Shown here one piece after another: positions 27,299-34,874 of a stretch of 64,000 bases of DNA. The position numbers were made by a program, and so were the translations under genes. The stretch is taken from assembly GCA_963734695.1 (NCBI GenBank), contig CAVTIL010000011.1:158144-222143 (forward strand). The letters are read 5' to 3'. Each line of letters opens with the position of its first letter. Position 1 is the stretch's first letter. The DNA comes from an uncultured Acidobacteriota bacterium (GTDB lineage: Bacteria > Acidobacteriota > Vicinamibacteria > Vicinamibacterales > 2-12-FULL-66-21). A model generated the notes under the pieces. It ran no database searches and was not told the DNA's origin. It saw only the letters and a program-made list of their open reading frames with translations.

Positions 27299-27625
27299 AT
27301 GCACGCGCGCTCCCTCTCGTATGCGGCCACAGCCGTGTTGGATGCCATCGGCCAAGGCCACCGGTACGGCTTCGATGTCATCGCGGTGACCGGTCTCGCG
27401 AGCGGCACTGTCTATCCAGCCCTCCGGCGCCTTGAAGAAGCTGGTTACGTCGAATCCCGGTGGGAAGATCATCGCGTGGCGCAGCGAGAGGTCCGCCCGG
27501 TGCGCAAGTACTACGAGGTTACTGAGACCGGACAGGCGGCGCTTACGGCAGCGCTGCTGCGCTATCGAGCAATGGGGCGTCGCCGTCGGGCCTCGGCCCG
27601 AATCCTTCGACCGTCTCGCACCTAA
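27299..27625 (+). CDS. PadR family transcriptional regulator
   Basis: MHARSLSYAATAVLDAIGQGHRYGFDVIAVTGLASGTVYPALRRLEEAGYVESRWE...KYYEVTETGQAAL shows a PadR winged-helix pattern. Confidence 0.85.
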   Translation: MHARSLSYAATAVLDAIGQGHRYGFDVIAVTGLASGTVYPALRRLEEAGYVESRWEDHRVAQREVRPVRKYYEVTETGQAALTAALLRYRAMGRRRRASARILRPSRT

Positions 27626-27637
27626 GGGGATGCGATC

Positions 27638-30406
27638 GTGTCGCCCAAGCGAGAACTGCGGCCGCACCGGTGGATCATTCGCGTCGTCAGCGCGTTCATT
27701 CCCAAACGACTTCGACCCGAATGGCGCCGCGAGTGGGAAGCGGAACTCCTGCATCAGGAGTCAACCTTCGCGAAGTGGAATCGGCCGCGCTGGCGGACGC
27801 GGATGGATTTGGTGCGCCAAAGTCTCGGGTCAACGTGGGATGCTGTCTGGCTCCAGCGCCGTCGGCTGGAGGAGGACTTCGCGCAGGACGTCCGTCACGG
27901 ATTCCGCCTCATCGGCCGGGCACCCGGGCTCGCGCTCGCTGCCTGCACCTCGCTCGCGATAGGGATCGGAGGTACGACCGCGGCGTTCACCATGATCGAT
28001 GCGGCACTGCTTCGGCCTTGGCCCTACCCTGATGCTGACCGCCTGATGGTGGTGAGTACGAATCTGGGACGCTACTTTTCTCCACCCGCGTTCCGGCGGC
28101 TTTCAGATCGCCACGATGGGTTGGACCACCTGACGGCGGCAGAAGCGCACGGATTCCTCATGAACTTCGGAGGTCAGGCGGTGCTTGTGAACGGGCACCG
28201 GGTCTCGGCGGAAGTGGTCGCGCTGTTAGGGTTGAATGGTCCCCTTCACCCTGAGGCTGGACGTGCTTTCATTCCGTCGGAGTTCGCGCCCGACAGCGAG
28301 CCGGTCGTCGCGATCAGTCATCGTCTGTGGCAGACGCAGTATGCGTCGGCCGACAGTATTGTCGGGCAGACGATTACTGCCGACGGCAAACCCTTGCGCG
28401 TCGTCGCCGTCCTCTCGCGAGAGTTCGATTTCTTTCCCGACTCGGATCTTCTCGTACCACTGACATTTGCCGAGCCGGGCTCGTACAGCGAGTATGCCCG
28501 CAGGCTCGAGGTGTACGGATCGCTCCGACCGGGCCTGACACCGGATCTGGCAGCATTGATGCTGGCTAGCGCGACCCGCTATTTTTCGCCCGCCCAGGTG
28601 GCTTCTGTGGAAAGCGTACGCGAACGTGTGTTCCGTGGCTTTCGGCCGACGGTCAAGGTTCTGTCGGTGGTGTCGCTAATCATTCTGGTTGTCGGCTGCT
28701 TGAACTTTGCGACGCTGCTTACTGTCAGATCGTCCGATCGGCAGCCGGAGCTCGCGGTTCGCATTGCGCTCGGCGCGGGCCGCCAACGTATCGTCCGCCA
28801 ACTCGTCACCGAAGCACTCGTATTGTCCTTCGCCGGCGGAGTCGCCGGAGTACTGCTCGCATATCTCGGCCGCGGGGTTCTCGCCGGGAACACCGTTGAA
28901 GGAATGCTTGCATTGCCGCGGAACCTTGAGTGGAGGGTCATTGCATTCGCGACGCTCCTTGCGGTCACGACGGGCGTGTTATTCAGCCTCGGACCGGCCC
29001 GACGGGCGACGGCGCGTGTGGACCTCGAGTCCGCGTTGCGCGACGCGGTATCTTCGCGTCTCCACGGGATTGCGCTTGGTGGACTTCGCGCGAACTGGCT
29101 CGTCGGATCGATCCAGGTGGCATTTACGATGGTGCTGCTTGTCGGGGCGGCACTCTTGGTCAAGAGCCTGCTCCGCATTCAGGCCTTCGATCCCGGCTAC
29201 GACAGCGCCCACGCGGTGACGCTACGGTTCGAGCTGCCGCGTTCCCGCTATCGCACCGACGCGGATGTCGCACGTTTCGTGGAGCTGCTCACCGAGCGCA
29301 TTCGCGGCGTGCCGGGCGTTGACGATGTAGGCGCCGCATCTAGCCTGCCGTTCTTCGTCGGAGCTTTGGGGATGCGCATGTTCCTGCTGGAAGGCCCGAT
29401 CCACGTCAGCGGACCGCCGGAAGCGATGCCGCTCGGCTGGCGCGTACCCCCGCCGCCCCCGCCGCCGCCCGGCATGATCGACATGCCGCCCCTTGATTTC
29501 TTTTCTGCACTCTCGTGCGAAGTTGATCCGGCGTTCTTTCGAACAATGCGCATCCCCTTGGTGAAGGGGCGCGACTTCAGTCCCTTTGACACGGCGGCAT
29601 CGCCGCCAGTCGTCATCATCAACCAGGCTATGGCTGCGCGATATTGGCCGGATACCGATCCGGTTGGCCGCCGCATGAGACTGGGGCCGTTATTTCCCTG
29701 GAAGACGATCGTCGGCGTTGTCGGCAACATCCGACGCTTTGCGCGAGACGATGAGATCCGCTCCGAGTATTACGAGCCGTTCGCGCAGGCGGGCGATCAG
29801 CGGCGCCTTTTCGCTCGCCTCGGAACCGACGTCGCGACGCGAGCGTTGTTTGGCCAGCCTACGGTGAGTCCAGTGATGGTGGTGGTGCGCAGCCGCCTCA
29901 GCGTCCGCGCCATCGCGAACGCAGTTGCTCCGTTGGTCCGTACGATCGACCCGGTACTGCCCATTGCGCAGGTCTCGAGTTTGCGGGAAGCATTGGACAA
30001 CGCGATCGCCGATCGTCGTTTTATATTGAGTCATATTGTCGGGTTCGCGGCGCTGGCGCTGCTGCTTGCGGCGGTGGGAGTCTACGCCGTCACGTCACAC
30101 GTGGTCCGACGGCGAGGACGCGAGCTGAGTATCCGCGCCGCACTCGGTGCGCGAAGTGCTCACCTGATCTGGCTTCCTATGCGCGACGGAGTAGTCGTGG
30201 CGGTCGTCGGCGTGTTCTTCGGTGGTCTTCTGTCGATTGCGCTGACGCCGCAACTCCGCGGGTTCCTGTACGAGGTCAATCCGTGGGACTGGAGCACGTT
30301 GTTGTTGGTCGCAGTGCTACTGGTTCCTGCCGTGATATGCGCATCGTATTTTCCGGCGCGCCGGGCCGCGCGAGTCGATCCGTTGACGGCGTTGAAATCG
30401 ATTTGA
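27638..30406 (+). CDS. ADOP-family duplicated FtsX/MacB-like permease
   Basis: 922 aa. The GTG at 27638 has AAGGGGA 7 nt upstream. The N-terminal prefix is ..RLRPEWRREWEAELLHQE. It has two FtsX modules and the C-terminus PARRAARVDPLTALKSI. Confidence 0.9.
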   Translation: MSPKRELRPHRWIIRVVSAFIPKRLRPEWRREWEAELLHQESTFAKWNRPRWRTRMDLVRQSLGSTWDAVWLQRRRLEEDFAQDVRHGFRLIGRAPGLALAACTSLAIGIGGTTAAFTMIDAALLRPWPYPDADRLMVVSTNLGRYFSPPAFRRLSDRHDGLDHLTAAEAHGFLMNFGGQAVLVNGHRVSAEVVALLGLNGPLHPEAGRAFIPSEFAPDSEPVVAISHRLWQTQYASADSIVGQTITADGKPLRVVAVLSREFDFFPDSDLLVPLTFAEPGSYSEYARRLEVYGSLRPGLTPDLAALMLASATRYFSPAQVASVESVRERVFRGFRPTVKVLSVVSLIILVVGCLNFATLLTVRSSDRQPELAVRIALGAGRQRIVRQLVTEALVLSFAGGVAGVLLAYLGRGVLAGNTVEGMLALPRNLEWRVIAFATLLAVTTGVLFSLGPARRATARVDLESALRDAVSSRLHGIALGGLRANWLVGSIQVAFTMVLLVGAALLVKSLLRIQAFDPGYDSAHAVTLRFELPRSRYRTDADVARFVELLTERIRGVPGVDDVGAASSLPFFVGALGMRMFLLEGPIHVSGPPEAMPLGWRVPPPPPPPPGMIDMPPLDFFSALSCEVDPAFFRTMRIPLVKGRDFSPFDTAASPPVVIINQAMAARYWPDTDPVGRRMRLGPLFPWKTIVGVVGNIRRFARDDEIRSEYYEPFAQAGDQRRLFARLGTDVATRALFGQPTVSPVMVVVRSRLSVRAIANAVAPLVRTIDPVLPIAQVSSLREALDNAIADRRFILSHIVGFAALALLLAAVGVYAVTSHVVRRRGRELSIRAALGARSAHLIWLPMRDGVVVAVVGVFFGGLLSIALTPQLRGFLYEVNPWDWSTLLLVAVLLVPAVICASYFPARRAARVDPLTALKSI

Positions 30407-30490
30407 GCGCACGCGGGCGTCTTAGCCGCATCACCGGCTCCATTCATTCGGATGCCCTCCGCTCGCGCGAACCGGTCGCGCCTCATCATG

Positions 30491-32161
30491 TTATTGCGGC
30501 CGTGCTGGTCGCGGCAGCATATCTTCCCGCATTGCCGTGTTGTACAGCATCGTCGCCACGACCACCGCCGCCTGACGCAGATCGTCCGGGATCAGATGCT
30601 CATACGTATCCATGTTGGTGTGATGCGTGCGCGTGTCGTAATCCAGCGGATCGTGCCTGAACACCGGCGTCGGCAGGCCCACCTCCGCGAACGGACGGCA
30701 GTCACCGCCACAATCGGTCCTCGGGCTCACCATCGTCATTCCGAGATCCCGCAGCGGCGCGACCCACGGCTCGAAGATGGCCGCGAGCGCCTGCGTGCCC
30801 ACGCTGACACCTCGAATTCGTCCCCCACCCGCGTCCAGGGTGAAGATCGCCGAGATCCGCGCGTGCTCCGCCTTGAACACGATCGGTCCCGCCCTGCGCC
30901 GCAGAAACTCCGGCACCGCCATCGCCGAGTCCGTCGTTGCGCGCGGCACGGCCGCGACGTGCTCTTTCACGTAGCCAAGCGATCCCAGCGCGCCCTGTTC
31001 TTCACCGGTCCAGAGCGCGATGCGAATCGTCCGCCGCGGCTGGACTGCGATCGCGCGTAAGATCCGCATCGCCTCCATCGCGATCAGCACGCCCGCGCCA
31101 TCGTCGGTGGCCCCCGTCCCGGCCCCCCAGCTGTCGAGATGCGCGCCGACCATCACGACTTGATCTTTGCGCAGAGGATCGACGCCGGGGATCTCGGCGA
31201 GGACGTTCAAGCCTTCCTCGCGATCGCCGGTGAACACGGTGTCGACGTTGACCTCGACGCGGACAGGCACGTTCCGTGTCAACAGGCGCGCCAACCGGCC
31301 GTAGTGCTCGTTGGCTACGATGACCGTTGGCACCTGCATCTGATGCGCTTTCTCGTACGCGCGGAACCCGAAGCCTGCGTCGCCGTCGACGATCAGTGTG
31401 CCGCCGCTGATGCCGCCACTCGGCCGATTGCCGCTCGGCGCGATGACCGCGCGTACGCCCTCCGCTGCGAGGAAGCGCCCGATCCGCTCGCCGTGCGCGA
31501 GCGGCGCGTACATCCGCTCCCGGATCTCCGGAGCCACGTGGGCGTCGGTGCTGTCCGGCACACGCGCGTATGCTGCAAGCTCCGCGTCATCGAACCGTCT
31601 GAACAACGGCTTGTCGAATGGGACGACGTCGGGCGGCCCGGGCGCGCGGGCGAGCAGCACGATTCGATCGCGCAGCATGCCGCGATGGGCTGCGAACGCC
31701 TGCTCATTGGGGAGCCCTCCGACCGACCGAACGTCTGCCGTCACTGGGCCGGGGGTCGGCGGAGACCACGGGGCTGCGTGCGCGATGAACACAGCGGTGT
31801 CAGGCGTCAGCATGCGGACCCAGACGTTGCGCTGCTCCCAGCCGACCCCAAACTCCCCCCAGCTCTCAGCCCGCACCTGCGAGAGCCCCATATGCGTGAG
31901 CTGCTCGCGCGCCCAGTCGATTGCCTTCTTCAGATTGCGAGACCCCGTCAGCCGCGGGCCGACGCCGTCGATCAGCTCGGCGGCGTAGTCCATCACTTTT
32001 GAGCGGGACAACCCTTCGTCGCGGATGCGCGCGTACGCGGCCTGCGCCGTCTCTGGTGGTACCTGATGAACGCCGCTGACAAGCGGTCCCGCCGGATAGA
32101 GGACGAGGCTCGCCACGACGAGCATCCCCGAGGCTCGAACGCTGAACGGGATGTCGAGCAT
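30491..32161 (-). CDS. M28 family metallopeptidase (aminopeptidase) with PA-like insert
   Basis: Motifs VMVGAHLDSWGAGTGATDDGAGV, WTGEEQGALGS and HHTNMDTYE are present. The start is uncertain (MLDIPF at 32161, while the ORF extends to 32506). Confidence 0.8.
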   Translation of the reverse strand: MLDIPFSVRASGMLVVASLVLYPAGPLVSGVHQVPPETAQAAYARIRDEGLSRSKVMDYAAELIDGVGPRLTGSRNLKKAIDWAREQLTHMGLSQVRAESWGEFGVGWEQRNVWVRMLTPDTAVFIAHAAPWSPPTPGPVTADVRSVGGLPNEQAFAAHRGMLRDRIVLLARAPGPPDVVPFDKPLFRRFDDAELAAYARVPDSTDAHVAPEIRERMYAPLAHGERIGRFLAAEGVRAVIAPSGNRPSGGISGGTLIVDGDAGFGFRAYEKAHQMQVPTVIVANEHYGRLARLLTRNVPVRVEVNVDTVFTGDREEGLNVLAEIPGVDPLRKDQVVMVGAHLDSWGAGTGATDDGAGVLIAMEAMRILRAIAVQPRRTIRIALWTGEEQGALGSLGYVKEHVAAVPRATTDSAMAVPEFLRRRAGPIVFKAEHARISAIFTLDAGGGRIRGVSVGTQALAAIFEPWVAPLRDLGMTMVSPRTDCGGDCRPFAEVGLPTPVFRHDPLDYDTRTHHTNMDTYEHLIPDDLRQAAVVVATMLYNTAMREDMLPRPARPQ

Positions 32162-32593
32162 GGCCGCAGCGTACCACGGGACGGCGGCGTGAACGTTCCG
32201 GCGAGCCGGATCGATCCGGCCGCGGGAACCGTCGTCGCTAGGCGACCCACTACGAAACGCCACCGGCGTTACGATGACAAGCAGAGAGCGCAGAACCAAC
32301 AGAAGGACTGGTCCGCGACGCGCGTCGACGTCGTGGAAACGTAGCGAGCACGTCAGTCCAGCCCTGTTGTCGCGCCCGTCGCGACGGGCACCACCGCGCA
32401 GCTCAAGCTTGCCAACCGGAGCGCCTCTAGTCGCCGCAGCCAGGCCACCGCTTGGTTCCAACTCGTGAAAATGCGGCTCACCAGCTAAATCCACTGACTT
32501 CAGCAAATTGCTGGGAACTTTGGAACCGGGACCTTCACGCGAGTGTGTCCCGCATCCTGGTTACGCTGCGAGTGTTCGACGTGTGAAGTGGAG

Positions 32594-33076
32594 CTACTTC
32601 ATGTGTTCGCGCAGATACTTCGCGACGTCTGTAATGAGGCGATGGACCGACGCCTGGGCGATGCGGTGCCCCACCGTCGCATCGAGCGCACCGCCGACGA
32701 TTCCCAGCGGCGGCTCGTAGCGTCCCACGAAGTCGAGCTGGGTTTCCGTTGCCGTGAGCGGAAAAACCGACAATTCGGCTTTCATGACCGGAAACAGCGC
32801 TGCACGCTGCGCGGCCGACCATTCGATCGGGATGCGCGTGACTCGTGAAATCGGCGCTGTGTAGCTCTGCTCGCTGATCTCCCCTACCGTGACGGCAATC
32901 TCCGCGCCGATATCGAGCGGCCCGATGTTCACGTGCAGCGCGGCGGCGACGTCCCTCGCGCGCGCGGCCGCAGCATTCGTGGCGGCGCTCAGTACGGCCG
33001 CCGGATCCTTGACGAGCGCGTCACGTACCGCCGCATACGGGTGGTTGACGTAGTCATGGCTTCGAATCTCGTTCAT
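32594..33076 (-). CDS. hypothetical protein (possibly SRPBCC-like fold)
   Basis: ORF 32594..33193, with a likely start at MNEIRSHDYVNHPY (33076). I recognise no diagnostic motif. Confidence 0.45.
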   Translation of the reverse strand: MNEIRSHDYVNHPYAAVRDALVKDPAAVLSAATNAAAARARDVAAALHVNIGPLDIGAEIAVTVGEISEQSYTAPISRVTRIPIEWSAAQRAALFPVMKAELSVFPLTATETQLDFVGRYEPPLGIVGGALDATVGHRIAQASVHRLITDVAKYLREHMK

Positions 33077-33261
33077 GCGCCGGACCTTGCCGATCGATCC
33101 TAGACCGTTGAGCCTGCACCTATCATAGACCATCGCTAACAGGCGCCGCTGCTTCCGTGTTCGCACGTAAAGCGTGATCAGCTCCTCCGCCATTCGTGTC
33201 GGTCATCGTCCCGCGCTGAGGGCCGGCGAACCTGAACCATCCCGATGACTCTCCGCCACAT

Positions 33262-33300
33262 TCCCGAGAAAGCGCGCAGCGCGAAGGTGGACCCCCAAGC
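33262..33300 (+). repeat. partial copy of the GCGAAGG module of the mosaic repeat
   Basis: agcgcgcagcgcgaaggtggaccccc (33271..33296) is identical to 20508..20533. Confidence 0.7.
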
Positions 33301-33550
33301 CAAACTTCGCTGCTCGTGCCACTGCTTAGGGCTCAGTGAGGTCACTGCCGGGGGTGCGAAACACTCACTCGCACGTCACCACCAGCTCCCTTTCGTTCCC
33401 GCTCCCGATCCGGCGGCATCACCGCGTTCATCGCGCAGTCATCCAGCGTTTGTAACAATTCGACTCCGGCACACGACGAGCCACTGATCCTGACGGTCGT
33501 CAACTCGTCGGGCGCGATGGTCTCGGCCTGTAACCCTGCGAGAAACGAGC

Positions 33551-34768
33551 ATGCGTCTACTGCTGCCACTGCGCATCGCCCTGAAAGCGTTGCGCGGCAA
33601 CGTCATGCGCACGTTGCTGACAATGCTCGGCGTCATCATCGGTGTGAGCGCCGTGATCTGCACGGTGTCCATCGGCGAGGGCGCGTCCGCCAAGATCCGC
33701 GAGGCCATCGTCAACATCGGTGCCAATCTCGTGTGGGTCGAAGCGGGTGGCGTCAACCGCAACGGCGTACGGACCGGAACCGGTGGCACCAAGACCTTGA
33801 CGGTGGCGGACATGCTGGCCATCAGGGAACAGGTTCCCGCCGTGACCAACGTCTCCCCGCAGGCGGACGGTCGCGTCCAGCTCGTGTTCGGCAATCAAAA
33901 CTGGAGCGCGAGCGTTCGCGGCGTCTCCCCGGAGTACGTGGCGCTGAAGAACTGGCCGATGAATAGGGGCGGCATGTTCACCGAGCAGGACGTCGAACGG
34001 GCCTCGCCGGTGTGCGTGCTCGGTCAGACGGTCACGACGATGTTGTTCGGAGAGCAGGATCCGGTGGGGGAAATGGTTCGAGTCTTCAACTTGCCGTGCC
34101 GCGTCGTCGGCGTATTGGCCACCAAGGGCCAGTCAGCGACGGGCCAGGATCAGGACGATACGCTGCTGATGCCGTACACCACGGTCATGAAGAAGATCAA
34201 AGGACAGCCCTGGTTGGACGACATCCTGATGTCGGCCACCTCGCCGGAGATGGTCTCGATCGCGCAAGAGCAGCTCGCGGATTTGTTGCGCGCCCGTCAT
34301 CACATCCGCCCCGGCGCCCAGGACGACTTCAACTTGCGCAATCCGACCGAGATTGCGGAGACGCTCGCCGCGTCTGCGCGCACGATGGAGGGGCTTCTGG
34401 CCAGCGTCGCGTCCGTCTCCTTGTTGATCGGCGGAGTCGGGATCATGAACATCATGCTGGTGTCCGTGTCCGAGCGCACCCGCGAGATTGGCTTGCGGCT
34501 CGCGATGGGCGCCCGCAATCGCGATGTCCTGCGTCAGTTCTTGTGCGAAGCCATCGTGCTGAGCATGAGCGGAGGACTGATCGGGATTGGGCTTGGGGTC
34601 GCGGCGAGCCATGCCATTTCCGATCTTTTCGGCTGGGCGACTCGTGTCTCTCCGAATGCCATCGCGGTATCGGTGCTCTTCGCGCTCGCGGTCGGCATTT
34701 TCTTTGGCTACTATCCCGCGACCCGCGCCGCCACGCTGGATCCGATTGAAGCGCTCCGATACGAGTGA
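33551..34768 (+). CDS. MacB/LolE-type ABC transporter permease (single FtsX module)
   Basis: 405 aa. An N-terminal TM is followed by a MacB periplasmic domain and FtsX helices (..SERTREIGLRLAMGARNRDVLRQFL..). The C-terminus is PATRAATLDPIEALRYE. Confidence 0.85.
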   Translation: MRLLLPLRIALKALRGNVMRTLLTMLGVIIGVSAVICTVSIGEGASAKIREAIVNIGANLVWVEAGGVNRNGVRTGTGGTKTLTVADMLAIREQVPAVTNVSPQADGRVQLVFGNQNWSASVRGVSPEYVALKNWPMNRGGMFTEQDVERASPVCVLGQTVTTMLFGEQDPVGEMVRVFNLPCRVVGVLATKGQSATGQDQDDTLLMPYTTVMKKIKGQPWLDDILMSATSPEMVSIAQEQLADLLRARHHIRPGAQDDFNLRNPTEIAETLAASARTMEGLLASVASVSLLIGGVGIMNIMLVSVSERTREIGLRLAMGARNRDVLRQFLCEAIVLSMSGGLIGIGLGVAASHAISDLFGWATRVSPNAIAVSVLFALAVGIFFGYYPATRAATLDPIEALRYE

Positions 34769-34795
34769 CGAGCGCCCGTGCTTCCGTGCGACTCC

Positions 34796-34822
34796 GGAGC
34801 CCACGTTCGGGGACGTGGCTCC
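34796..34822. terminator. GC-rich hairpin between convergent genes (possible bidirectional terminator)
   Basis: ggagcccacg-ttcgggga-cgtggctcc has 9-10 bp arms with one bulge. There is no clear U-tract. Confidence 0.35.
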
Positions 34823-34874
34823 GAAGTCGTTGACGAAACCGATTAGGTCACGATAGTCGCGTGAAGCCCCGCAT

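Noticed and set aside
33409-33500. A decayed ABC ATPase signature/Walker B (SGGITAFIAQSSSVCNNSTPAHDEPL) upstream of the orphan permease.
   Set aside because: The resemblance rests on SGG and DEP only. The flanking frame (..FRSRSRSGG..) is not ABC-like and no Walker A is visible. It is too weak to call without BLASTX.
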